A stretch of 60,119 nt of DNA. Origin: Clostridiaceae bacterium (GTDB lineage Bacteria > Bacillota > Clostridia > Saccharofermentanales > DTU023). The position numbers were made by a program, and so were the translations under genes. The stretch is from NCBI GenBank assembly GCA_012799695.1, contig JAAZKT010000006.1:1-60119 (forward strand), written 5' to 3'. Position 1 is the first letter of the stretch, and the number at the start of each line of letters is the position of its first letter. The notes beneath the pieces were generated by a model that did no database searches, was not told where the DNA came from, and saw only the letters and a list, made by a program, of their open reading frames with translations. Below are positions 45,596 through 54,418 of this stretch, one piece after another.

Positions 45596-46836
45596 CGTTT
45601 TGCTCCGCGAAGTGCGAGAATGCGTTGCATCTCGTTATAGACGATCATGACGCCTTCATCGACGCCCATCCCCGGCTTGGCGAGGATTTGGTCCGGGTTC
45701 ATTGCCATCGCAACGTGAACGCAAGTTTCCGCCGATCTGTTCGTCTCGTTGCACGTTCCTCCCATGTACGCACCGACGCCCTTCTCTTTGCAGTATAGGA
45801 CGGCGTCCGCCGTGTTGTGGAGACTCCCGAGATCGGGTGTCTTGATCTGAATCATATGTCCGGCGCCGGCATCAACAAATGCGCGAACATCGTCGACCGT
45901 ATTGCACCACTCGTCGGCGACAAGCTCTACGTTGATCCCGCGTTCGTCCACGAGCCGCGTCAGTTTCGCAAGCCATTCGAGCTGACCTTCACGTGATCCC
46001 GCATCGATCGGACCTTCCACGCGAAGCGCAAATGGGCGAGCCGCTTTCTTGAGCCGCTCTAAATAGTCGGCGATGACTTCAATGTTCTCGTATCCGAACA
46101 ACAAGCCCACGGTACCGTAGACATCGATATGAAATACAGGATGATACGCGGGATCCTGCCGATGACGAAGAATCCGATCGCGAAGCCATGCCGTATATTC
46201 GACGAGCGTATCTCCGTTCGGTCCGAGTTTTTCAAGGTTATTGATCAGCGCATGCGGTAGCACATGCACGTGCTTGAGAATCATTTTATCCGCGTTGTCA
46301 TGTCGCGCATCGCCTGTTTGTGAAAAGATCGGGATCATCTTCTCACTGACGTTCGTCCCGTACTCCTCGGCAATCACCTCACACATGAGCTTGTTTTTCG
46401 TCTTGGCGACGCAATCGAGAATCGCTTGCGACAAGCCGTAACGAATCGCCGTGTGGAGGCGGTTGCCGTATCGATCAGTCATCCGTTCGAACTCTTCCAT
46501 CGTGTCACGGAAAGAATCGACGACTCTCCCCTCCAGTTTCGGTGCAATATCGCGCATGATCACGGGGATGAAGTCCTCCGCCAAAAACAACGGATCTCTT
46601 CCGCCAGCACCCGAGTATTGTACCGCCGCACAGTCACCCCATGCGATTGACCCGTCCTCCAGGACAAGCATGAGCGAGATCGATTCACCGGCCTGACGAA
46701 TGGCGGTAAACCCTGATGTTTCCGGCGCTCCGTCATAAAAGAATCCGTCCATCTTCGCTCCTTGCTTGATGGCCTTCTGGTCGTCAAAATAAAAACCAGT
46801 CCGACCCGGAGCACACACTACTTTTGCTATTTTCAT
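45592..46836 (-). CDS. mal: 3-Methylaspartate ammonia-lyase (beta-methylaspartase)
   Basis: 414 aa. MKIAKVVCAPGRTGFYFDDQKAIKQGAKMDGFFYDG closely parallels the clostridial enzyme start as I remember it. Enolase-superfamily size. Confidence 0.92.
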   Translation of the reverse strand: MKIAKVVCAPGRTGFYFDDQKAIKQGAKMDGFFYDGAPETSGFTAIRQAGESISLMLVLEDGSIAWGDCAAVQYSGAGGRDPLFLAEDFIPVIMRDIAPKLEGRVVDSFRDTMEEFERMTDRYGNRLHTAIRYGLSQAILDCVAKTKNKLMCEVIAEEYGTNVSEKMIPIFSQTGDARHDNADKMILKHVHVLPHALINNLEKLGPNGDTLVEYTAWLRDRILRHRQDPAYHPVFHIDVYGTVGLLFGYENIEVIADYLERLKKAARPFALRVEGPIDAGSREGQLEWLAKLTRLVDERGINVELVADEWCNTVDDVRAFVDAGAGHMIQIKTPDLGSLHNTADAVLYCKEKGVGAYMGGTCNETNRSAETCVHVAMAMNPDQILAKPGMGVDEGVMIVYNEMQRILALRGAKR

Positions 46837-46869
46837 ATGCTACCTCTTCCTCTCGCTTGTCCGTCATTG

Positions 46870-48324
46870 CTATTTAGTCGGACGACCGACAAGGCGTCCT
46901 TTGCTGATTGCGTACACGTCGTCGATGACCATCTGGAAGGACGGCTGACGATTCTCATATTTCGCGCGTTCCGCGATTTTCTCCTTATGGAAATCGAGAA
47001 GTTCCGGTGTCAACGGAACATTGCCCGCATGGAACAAGCGGATCGCTCCGTCATTATCGCGCGCAGGAAGCATCTTCCCGGCATTGTATCGGCTAGGCGC
47101 GAATGGGATATCGAGCACTCCCGAACGTATGGCACGTATGACTCCCTGAGCTAGGTCACCTTCACCCAACTCAAAACATTTATCCAGCACACAGCGAGTC
47201 TCCGCCGCGATGATGATTTTCTCATCTTTGAGGCTGTATGTATCGAGGCTCTGTTCACCCAGCATATTGATCATCTGGCGCGTGCAAAGCATCCCGTCGG
47301 CGTTGGCTTCTTTTGTCGGGACACCGATCGCTTCATGAGGCGTCTTGACAATAACCTTCGTCGCATGCGAAAGGGCAGCAACGGCACTCCCCCACGCGAT
47401 AACGGAATACGCCTTCGACTCCTCCTGAGGGAAACCGCCCATCCACTGGTGGAGAACAGTCGTCACGTTGACATCTCCATAGCCATATTTTCGCAGATAC
47501 TCATCCGTCAGGCTCTGCAAAACTTGTACAGCCGCGACATCTTGCGTCAAGTTGCCGCATTGTCCGTAACCGACCGTGATGTTTTTCACGCCTTGTTCGG
47601 CAGCGAGAAGGCTCTCGATGATCGCAACGCTATGTGAGATAAAAGGCGGGACGAGCGTGCCGGTCAAAGGTCCGTACGGCTCGCGATTGATCGGACAACC
47701 AGCCTCCTCATAAATACCCGTCAGGCGATCAACGTACTGCCAATCACGAATCGTCGCCTCGAGCGATACATTTTTCGCATAGGGAATATTGTAGGAGATT
47801 CCGCCTCCCTCGTAACTCGTATATCCGCCGGCGTACGCGATCTCCGTCAAGAGTCTCGCATCTGGAGTGCCGTGACGAATCTGGAGCGGCGTGTCGAGCG
47901 CGTCGATCAGCATTCGACATCCCGCAACGCCGTGGTTGACTGCCGGGAACCCGTTCAGCATCGCCTTGCCGGTACGTTCCGACTCTTTGATGCCGACTTC
48001 CGCCTCGTTGTAGCGGTTTTGTCTCGTGTAGCTGTCAATCGTCGTCGGCAGCAAGTCCGCCTCGCCGACATCCTGCAAATACGTCAAGAGCTCGATCATC
48101 TCAGGGATAAGCGGCACCCCCGCACGCGGTTGCACAAGTGTTTTGCCGTCCATTTTCGCTTTGTTCAGTTTGTAACTGAATACTTTGTGCTCCGGAAGAT
48201 TCTTGTGGTACGTGAAGGCTTCCTCCACATCGACATCTTTTCCGGTCGGCCATTGTGTCAGAATCTCGGACCGGACACTTTCAAATTCATCACGTGTCCA
48301 CTTCCTGTTTCTCACTTCATTCAT
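46870..48324 (-). CDS. glmE: Glutamate mutase (methylaspartate mutase) epsilon/E subunit
   Basis: 484 aa. [32 protein letters not shown] parallels the GlmE/MutE N-terminus. Sits between glmL and mal. Confidence 0.92.
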   Translation of the reverse strand: MNEVRNRKWTRDEFESVRSEILTQWPTGKDVDVEEAFTYHKNLPEHKVFSYKLNKAKMDGKTLVQPRAGVPLIPEMIELLTYLQDVGEADLLPTTIDSYTRQNRYNEAEVGIKESERTGKAMLNGFPAVNHGVAGCRMLIDALDTPLQIRHGTPDARLLTEIAYAGGYTSYEGGGISYNIPYAKNVSLEATIRDWQYVDRLTGIYEEAGCPINREPYGPLTGTLVPPFISHSVAIIESLLAAEQGVKNITVGYGQCGNLTQDVAAVQVLQSLTDEYLRKYGYGDVNVTTVLHQWMGGFPQEESKAYSVIAWGSAVAALSHATKVIVKTPHEAIGVPTKEANADGMLCTRQMINMLGEQSLDTYSLKDEKIIIAAETRCVLDKCFELGEGDLAQGVIRAIRSGVLDIPFAPSRYNAGKMLPARDNDGAIRLFHAGNVPLTPELLDFHKEKIAERAKYENRQPSFQMVIDDVYAISKGRLVGRPTK

Positions 48325-48367
48325 ATCGTTGCCCCTTCTTCAAGATCCCTATCGTTATCACACTTAT

Positions 48368-49777
48368 TTATGAATCATCGCCGGATGAAATATCTCCCGG
48401 CGACACAAGCTCGCGCTTGATGATACGTAATGCGATGTCTTTTTCGCGCTCGGCTAGAACACCCATAGCCGAGAGAATGTAACGGTCATCTTTTAAAACC
48501 GTTGCCTTCTTCGGGCGAAGCGACATCGGGTAACGCTCCGTATAGAGGGCGTGTCTCGCAATGTCGAGCGGATTCTGCGCATGGATGAACGATCCTCCCG
48601 TAAAGATGATCTGCCGTACGGAGCGGAGGTCTTTTCCCGTCTGGACGTAGACGAGTCCCGACGTGGTGAACGCTTCCTCAAGCACTCCTGCATGCCGTCT
48701 CGTCGCGATCTCGACAGCTCCAGATGCAAGTGCATGATCGAACCTCGCCATGGCATCGTCATTCGTAAGGGGAACCTTCGACTTGTCGTACAACAATTCG
48801 CTCATCAAGGCAGCGCAGTCATCCGACGTCAATCCGGAACACTCCGAAATCCATGGTTGACCGACTTCGGATACAATACCGGCGACACTGTACCGCATAC
48901 CGATATCACCTTCCACCGTCCGCTTCGCATAAGGTTCGTCGAGCCCTTTACAGATCACATTCATGTCGATCGGCTCCCCCCTTGCGACCGTATAGACGTC
49001 CGTCGTCGCGCCTCCCACGTCGATCCCCATCAGCTCGCCGATACCTGGTTCAGTCTCCGTACCGTCAGCCAATAACTTCATCGCGGAAAGAATGGCGGAA
49101 GGCGTAGGCATAAGGATGTCTGAGAGAATCTCTTTCGTTTTTGACAAACCGCGCGCATTCACGATATGTTTCAAAAAAAGATCGCGAATCTCGCGCTGAA
49201 CGGGTTCAATATTGAGCACGCCGAAAGAAGGCATGACATTCGGACAAACTGTAACAGGGAAATCTTCGAGTGCATCCTCGCAGGCGTCAATCGCTTGGCG
49301 GTTGCCGGCGAGAATGATAGGAAATCGAACAGAAAGCGACCGCAATTTCCCCGCATTCTTCTCCATGCAGGCGCGATTACCGCCGTCCGTCCCGCCAGTC
49401 ATCAAGAATATATCGGGGGGATCGGCTTCGATGTCCTTAAGATCGCGGCGCGTCAACTCATGAGTGAAGAGTCGCGTTATTCTCGCCCCTGCACCGAGTG
49501 CGGCGAGCCTAGCAGCTTCGGCGGTAAGCTCAGGCACAAGACCGGAAACCATCATGCGAAGTCCGCCCGCCGCCGAAGAGCACGCCGATTTGAAATCAAA
49601 GGCGATGTCGCCCGTCACCCGACGCAAGCGATCGAGCGCAACGTTCAATCCCGTTCCGATATCGGAATCGGCCGTCGTGAAAGCGGACGCCGTTCCGATG
49701 ATCTCCTCGGAGATGAGATCGACAGCAGTCACCTTTGTAAAAGTGCTTCCGAAATCGATCAGGAGGGCGTAACGCAT
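48368..49777 (-). CDS. glmL: Glutamate mutase accessory protein GlmL/MutL (ASKHA-fold putative reactivase/chaperone)
   Basis: 469 aa. MRYALLIDFGSTFTKVTAVDL and IDVGGATTDVY actin-fold ATPase motifs. Conserved position between glmS and glmE. Confidence 0.85.
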   Translation of the reverse strand: MRYALLIDFGSTFTKVTAVDLISEEIIGTASAFTTADSDIGTGLNVALDRLRRVTGDIAFDFKSACSSAAGGLRMMVSGLVPELTAEAARLAALGAGARITRLFTHELTRRDLKDIEADPPDIFLMTGGTDGGNRACMEKNAGKLRSLSVRFPIILAGNRQAIDACEDALEDFPVTVCPNVMPSFGVLNIEPVQREIRDLFLKHIVNARGLSKTKEILSDILMPTPSAILSAMKLLADGTETEPGIGELMGIDVGGATTDVYTVARGEPIDMNVICKGLDEPYAKRTVEGDIGMRYSVAGIVSEVGQPWISECSGLTSDDCAALMSELLYDKSKVPLTNDDAMARFDHALASGAVEIATRRHAGVLEEAFTTSGLVYVQTGKDLRSVRQIIFTGGSFIHAQNPLDIARHALYTERYPMSLRPKKATVLKDDRYILSAMGVLAEREKDIALRIIKRELVSPGDISSGDDS

Positions 49778-49778
49778 T

Positions 49779-50201
49779 TTACTCGACCTCGAGGTCCTTT
49801 TTCAGATAAAAAATCGTCTCTTCCGGCGGTGTACCGGGCGGAAAGACACGGTCGAATCCCATCTCATGGAAACGCTTCTCGACGTCAACAAAGTCCTGTT
49901 TTCCGACGACGATATTACCGCCGACATAGAGGAGAAGGCCATCGAGACCCGCCTCATCCATTTTGTCTCTCATGCCGCGACAGTCAAGTTCACCGTGTCC
50001 ATACAGCGAAGAGATGACGATCGCATCCGCAGCCGTCTCGAGTGCCGCACCGATGAATTCTTCCTGCGACACCATGACACCAAGGTTCGTTACGTCAAAA
50101 CCCGCCTCCCTGAAAGCATACTCGAGGATACGTATGCCTACCGCATGGACATCGGCGCCAATGACACCGATCACCAATTTCTTACCGTTCCCCTGTTCCA
50201 T
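49779..50201 (-). CDS. glmS: Glutamate mutase sigma/S subunit (B12-binding)
   Basis: I prefer ATG 50201 (AGGAGG RBS). [18 protein letters not shown] contains the DxHxxG cobalamin-ligand motif. Confidence 0.9.
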   Translation of the reverse strand: MEQGNGKKLVIGVIGADVHAVGIRILEYAFREAGFDVTNLGVMVSQEEFIGAALETAADAIVISSLYGHGELDCRGMRDKMDEAGLDGLLLYVGGNIVVGKQDFVDVEKRFHEMGFDRVFPPGTPPEETIFYLKKDLEVE

Positions 50202-50253
50202 CTTTTCAGACCTCCTGCCGCGCATCTCGCGACATGATTTTCATGAATCCTCC

Positions 50254-51246
50254 CTACGAATGGAGCGATTCCCGTAAATCGCGATAATAATGCTCAATCG
50301 CATCATTGATATAGAGCATCGAACCCCTGTCACAGCCAAATTCCGTCCTGATAAAGACCTTACCTTTATCGGCAAATTCCTGAATAAGCACCATCTCTTT
50401 CGAATCGATCAAGTTTTCGTAGTCAGGTGCGAGAGCCACGACATCGAACTGTTCAATAAAACTGCGCGTTGAATCGGGGATACCGAATCGCGCGCGGCGA
50501 ATCTGCAAGGGCTCAAGAAGATAACGCTCACATGCAGATTGCATCACATCGGCAAATCCCATGCTGATAGTCAGAATGCCGAGCGTAACGCCCTTTGGGA
50601 GACTCATGAACTCAGCGATGGAAGCCCGCGAGAGCTGGAATGCGACAGGCATCAAAGGCATCTGCTCAGGAACGAGAAGTTTCAGTTCCTTGTAAAGTCG
50701 CTCAGGCGCGACGATCAGATCGTATCCGGATAACAGACGTCCGGGATGCGACAATACATCGTCGAACGGTATACGAAAAGTGCCGGCAATGCGAATTGCG
50801 TCGAGAGATTGCGCAATGATAGAGCGCTCTTCCGAAGTCGCCGCGACAACGGCAACACGTACGGGGCGCGTAATATCTTCCATCTGCCTCAACCGCAATT
50901 CAAAAAAGATCTGAGCTTCGCGCGTTGTAAATTCGAGGCGGGACATCTCCTCGATCATCCGGTCGATCGCCGCAAGTGCTTTATCTTTACGACTTCCATC
51001 ATCCAACTCCGCCGTGGAGGATGCAACAAACGTACCGCGACCTCGGCGCTGCTTGATGAGCCCATCACGCGACAACAAGGAGTATACGTGGCGGATCGTT
51101 CCGACAGACACACCGCGGTTCTCGGCACATTCACGAATAGACGGAAGCTTTGCCCCGGCAGGCAATGCGCCTGACTCGATGTCGTCGCGAAGATCGCAAT
51201 AAATCGTGCGATAAAGCGGATAATCTTCGTGATTAGAATTAGTCAT
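50254..51246 (-). CDS. GntR-family transcriptional regulator with a periplasmic-binding-protein-like effector domain
   Basis: 330 aa. wHTH block GAKLPSIRECAENRGVSVGTIRHVYSLLSRDGLIKQRRGRGTFV. 8-nt overlap with the upstream hydro-lyase beta gene. Confidence 0.8.
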   Translation of the reverse strand: MTNSNHEDYPLYRTIYCDLRDDIESGALPAGAKLPSIRECAENRGVSVGTIRHVYSLLSRDGLIKQRRGRGTFVASSTAELDDGSRKDKALAAIDRMIEEMSRLEFTTREAQIFFELRLRQMEDITRPVRVAVVAATSEERSIIAQSLDAIRIAGTFRIPFDDVLSHPGRLLSGYDLIVAPERLYKELKLLVPEQMPLMPVAFQLSRASIAEFMSLPKGVTLGILTISMGFADVMQSACERYLLEPLQIRRARFGIPDSTRSFIEQFDVVALAPDYENLIDSKEMVLIQEFADKGKVFIRTEFGCDRGSMLYINDAIEHYYRDLRESLHS

Positions 51247-51814
51247 GATGTCTTGTCAACCATATGTGTGGGCCGTCTCGGTAAAGATTGTTGCCTTCCG
51301 TATCGATGACGACTGTTACCGGCATATTCTCCACTGTAAGCCTGCGCAACGCCTCGGTGCCGAGGTCTTCCCATGCGATGACCTCGGCCTCCTTAATCGC
51401 TCGAGAAATCAGCGCGCCGGCACCGCCTATCGCGGCGAAGTACACGGCGCCGCACTCTTTCATCGCGGCGACTACTTCGTCACTGCGATACCCCTTCCCT
51501 ATCATGCCGCGCAGACCGTTTCTGATGAGGCACGGTGTATACGGATCCATTCTTGACGATGTCGTCGGTCCGGCGGAACCTAAGGCTCGTCCAGCCTTGG
51601 CGGGCGATGGACCGACATAGTAGAGAACGGCATTATCCAAAGGAAAGGGAGGCTCTTCTCCGCGCTTTAAAAGCTCTACCAAACGCTTATGACCTGCATC
51701 GCGCAATGAATAAATCACGCCCGAAAGCAGAATACGTTGACCGCTTTTCAATGCTCTCGCTTCACTTTCCGCAAAAGGCGCCTGAAGCCTGATAGTCTCA
51801 ACCTGATCCGACAT
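51239..51814 (-). CDS. Fe-S hydro-lyase beta subunit (class I fumarase / tartrate dehydratase family); candidate mesaconase beta
   Basis: I prefer ATG 51814 (MSDQVETIRL...), which shares one base with the alpha-subunit stop (TGATG). Blocks GVIYSLRDAGHKRL and GPTTSSRMD. Confidence 0.82.
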   Translation of the reverse strand: MSDQVETIRLQAPFAESEARALKSGQRILLSGVIYSLRDAGHKRLVELLKRGEEPPFPLDNAVLYYVGPSPAKAGRALGSAGPTTSSRMDPYTPCLIRNGLRGMIGKGYRSDEVVAAMKECGAVYFAAIGGAGALISRAIKEAEVIAWEDLGTEALRRLTVENMPVTVVIDTEGNNLYRDGPHIWLTRHHD

Positions 51815-52659
51815 CACAGCACCTCCTGAATATGACGAGCAGCATGGCAATTGATATTCACGGCGACAGGCAATCCGGCGATATGTGTCGGAAGCACCTC
51901 GATGGCGACGCCGAGGGCCGTCGCCCTGCCGCCGAACCCTTGCGGACCGATGCCCAGCTCATTAATCTCCGCGAGAAGTGACTGTTCCATCGCCGCATAG
52001 AAAGGATCTACATTCGACTCTGTCAAGGGTCTTGCCAGTGCACGTTTGGCTGCGAGAGCCACCTGGTCGAATGTGCCGCCGATACCGATGCCTATGACAA
52101 ACGGCGGGCAAGCATTAGGACCTGCCTTAGCGACCGTGTCAATCACGAATTTGCGCACGCCTTCCTCACCATCGGCAGGCAGGAGCATCGCAAGTCGGCT
52201 CATATTCTCGCTACCGAAACCCTTACACAACATAGTAATCGTCACGCGATCTCCCGGAACTAATCGTGTCGTCACCATCACGGGGGTGTTATCGCCCGTG
52301 TTGACCCGCCTCAGAGGATCAGAAACGACCGACATACGCAGAACGTGCTTCTTATAGCCACGACGAACGCCTTCATTGATCGCTTCATATGGGTCACCCA
52401 GAAAACTGACATCGAATCCGACATCCAAAAAAGCGACTACCATCCCCGTATCCTGACACATGGGAACGCTCTCTTCAGCAGCTATTTCACAATTTAACAG
52501 GAGATCTTCAAGAACTTGACGGGCAACCGTACTATCTTCCTGCTCCAACGCTTGCTCAATGGCATCGCGGATATCATCCGGCAACACGCAGGCAAGTTTG
52601 CAACATAGCTCCTCGACCGCATCACGCAAGATCGCTACATCAAATTCACGCACAGACAT
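51814..52659 (-). CDS. Fe-S hydro-lyase alpha subunit (class I fumarase / tartrate dehydratase family); candidate mesaconase alpha
   Basis: 281 aa. CQDTGMVVAF and IGIGIGGT blocks typical of the FumA N-terminal/TtdA family. GAGAGGTG RBS. Confidence 0.82.
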   Translation of the reverse strand: MSVREFDVAILRDAVEELCCKLACVLPDDIRDAIEQALEQEDSTVARQVLEDLLLNCEIAAEESVPMCQDTGMVVAFLDVGFDVSFLGDPYEAINEGVRRGYKKHVLRMSVVSDPLRRVNTGDNTPVMVTTRLVPGDRVTITMLCKGFGSENMSRLAMLLPADGEEGVRKFVIDTVAKAGPNACPPFVIGIGIGGTFDQVALAAKRALARPLTESNVDPFYAAMEQSLLAEINELGIGPQGFGGRATALGVAIEVLPTHIAGLPVAVNINCHAARHIQEVL

Positions 52660-52689
52660 CTGGCACCTCTCTCAGAACTGATGTGCATA

Positions 52690-52719
52690 CACAATACACT
52701 AGATTGTGCTATCATGCAA
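52690..52719 (-). promoter_or_regulatory. Candidate promoter of the methylaspartate-pathway operon with an embedded inverted repeat (possible operator)
   Basis: On the minus strand: TTGCAT (52714-52719), 17 nt, TATTGT (52691-52696). The inverted repeat CACAAT-N7-ATTGTG (52690-52708) covers the -10 and the spacer. Confidence 0.4.
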
Positions 52720-52827
52720 CTGTTTGTTGCTGATAAACCGCGATCTTTTTCATGACTCATTTCGTCATATCCTTCTGCAATGAATCTACAAAAACAACGT
52801 CGTTTGTCGTATGATTAACATGACATT

Positions 52828-52855
52828 ATGTTTAACGAAATTCTTCGTTAAACAT
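52828..52855. promoter_or_regulatory. Perfect 12-bp palindrome upstream of the mini P-loop gene
   Basis: ATGTTTAACGAA-attc-TTCGTTAAACAT, 45 nt before ATG 52901, with no T-run after it. Confidence 0.4.
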
Positions 52856-52900
52856 GCAAAGATTTGGAACACCTGATTGGTGAAATGCGTGGAGGTCATT

Positions 52901-53320
52901 ATGTTTGTAAAGGCGATTGTTGGGAGAAAAGGTTCCGGAAAAACTCCAATCATGCTTGATCAAGTGGAGTCATTGGCAATAGACAAAGATTCGAATATTG
53001 TTTTTATCGAGTACGGAAAAACGGTCGACCGGATTCTCCCCCATTCCGTCAGACTGATTGATATCACTGAATATCCCGTCCGCGGATATGGCCAGCTCAT
53101 CGCTTTTCTCGCCGGTATGAATGCGAAGGACTACGACATCTCACACATTTTTATTGATAGTCTCCTTTCGATTGCAGACGATTACGACAGAGATCACTTA
53201 GATGATTTTTTGCTCTCACTTGAAAAATTCGCACGGCGAGCCGATGTTGAAGTCACCGTCTCCATCAGCGCCGACCGTCAAGATATTACTGAAGGATCAC
53301 TACGCTTTCTCGAGCGTTGA
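52901..53320 (+). CDS. Small P-loop-containing protein, function unknown
   Basis: I prefer ATG 52901 (GGAGGT RBS) to TTG 52877. 139 aa. Walker A-like GRKGSGKT at residues 8-15 and a possible Walker B HIFIDSL. Confidence 0.5.
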   Translation: MFVKAIVGRKGSGKTPIMLDQVESLAIDKDSNIVFIEYGKTVDRILPHSVRLIDITEYPVRGYGQLIAFLAGMNAKDYDISHIFIDSLLSIADDYDRDHLDDFLLSLEKFARRADVEVTVSISADRQDITEGSLRFLER

Positions 53321-53489
53321 CGCTTCAGAGTATTTTTGATTATTTCTATTCATTGTTGAGTATTCTGATTGTGTTTACATATGCAATGAGAAAAAACAGT
53401 TAGTTTCACGCATGGGTTCTATCGATGTCTAAGGGAATCATCTGATATACTGAATACAATACCGATACGCTCCGGCGAGCACCCGGTGC

Positions 53490-53620
53490 GGCTGTTTGCT
53501 CTCTTCGTCTTTCTGTAAAAATGAAGCCGAGGAAGATGTGGAAGAAACTGCCGAATCTGAGACGGAGTTGCTGAAAGATATTCGCTATCTTCTCTTGAAA
53601 GAAGATAATAGGCGCCCTGC
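53490..53620 (+). pseudogene. Remnant of the 3' end of an mscL copy
   Basis: Translates to ...KNEAEEDVEETAESETELLKDIRYLLLKED, compared with ...KKETEEAVEETTESEVESEVVLLKEIRDILSKKE in the intact mscL. The TM-encoding 5' two-thirds is missing and the stop codon has been lost. Confidence 0.55.
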
Positions 53621-53654
53621 CTATAGCAAAAATCAAAAAGGAAGAGGAGTTATT

Positions 53655-54359
53655 ATGTACTGTAACAAATGTGGAGCTGAAAACAACGATCAAGCGAGAT
53701 TTTGCACTTCGTGCGGATCGCCGCTCGGATCGGGAGCAGTCGAACAAGCAGGCTCGTATTATGCTGCACCACAGCAACAAGTTGCACCACAGCAATATGC
53801 TGCACCACAGCAATACGCTGCACCACAACAATATGCTGCATCACAACAATATGCTGCACCACAGCAACAAGCGCCCGCTCAAGCACCTTATCCATACCCA
53901 TATGCGCCGCAAGCAGCACCGTACGGACAACCTGTACAACCACCCCCCAAAAAAAAGAAGACGGGATTGGTTGTCGGTATCGTCGCAATCTTGCTGGTCG
54001 CGATCATAGCCGTCGTCCTTATTGTATTTGTTCTCCCACCAGGTGGAGACGGCATTGTCGGCAGATGGGCCGTCACCGATACGGACACTAGTGACTTCCC
54101 CGTCGGCATAATTATGAACTTTAAAAAGAACGGTGAGTTAAAAGTCGAACTAACAAAAGACGCCCCCGATGATGTAAAAGCACAAATGGATTTACTTGAT
54201 ATGGTTAATATCACTTACGAGACGAAAGATGACACGCTCGTGATGACATTAGAAATGGGCGGATTGACACAAACAAATGAGGTGAAATTTGAAGTCAAAG
54301 ACAATACTCTTACCTTCTTCGACAACGGAGAGGAGACCGTTTTCAAGCGCGTCAGATAA
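53655..54359 (+). CDS. Zinc-ribbon / Gln-Pro repeat / single-TM protein with an extracytoplasmic domain paralogous to the 55134-55553 lipoprotein
   Basis: ATG 53655 with GGAAGAGGAG RBS. Starts MYCNKCGAENNDQARFCTSCGSPL (CxxC...CxxC), then (QQYAAP)n, KKKK, a TM helix, and a domain starting IVGRWAVTDTDTSDFPVGIIMNFKKNGELK. Confidence 0.7.
   Translation: MYCNKCGAENNDQARFCTSCGSPLGSGAVEQAGSYYAAPQQQVAPQQYAAPQQYAAPQQYAASQQYAAPQQQAPAQAPYPYPYAPQAAPYGQPVQPPPKKKKTGLVVGIVAILLVAIIAVVLIVFVLPPGGDGIVGRWAVTDTDTSDFPVGIIMNFKKNGELKVELTKDAPDDVKAQMDLLDMVNITYETKDDTLVMTLEMGGLTQTNEVKFEVKDNTLTFFDNGEETVFKRVR
53757..53882 (+). repeat. Seven tandem 18-nt units encoding (Q/Y)(Q/Y)(Y/V/A)A(P/S)Q
   Basis: CAATATGCTGCACCACAG and close variants occur at 53757, 53775, 53793, 53811, 53829, 53847 and 53865. 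They are in frame within the zinc-ribbon gene. Confidence 0.9.
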
Positions 54360-54418
54360 CTGATTCTGTAGTTGCGACTGTAGTGATCACGACATTATTA
54401 AAATGAGGAAATTCAAGA

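Noticed and set aside
49166-50017. 283-aa plus-strand ORF
   Set aside because: It is antisense to glmL and glmS, both of which have strong family motifs and coupled starts. It is a shadow ORF.
53496-53654. N-terminal extension of the zinc-ribbon ORF given by the ORF track (TTG at 53496)
   Set aside because: The extension is the decayed mscL tail with no RBS, whereas ATG 53655 has a good RBS and begins exactly at the zinc-ribbon motif. I kept it as a pseudogene remnant. An extended isoform cannot be strictly excluded.
53406-53988. Repetitive minus-strand ORFs (LLWCS... and VVQHI... repeats) and alternative plus-strand frames across the 18-nt array. I briefly considered these as a repeat-protein gene or a CRISPR-like array.
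   Set aside because: They are simply the other reading frames of the QQYAAP-coding tandem repeat. The units are contiguous 18-mers with no unique spacers, so this is not a CRISPR array.
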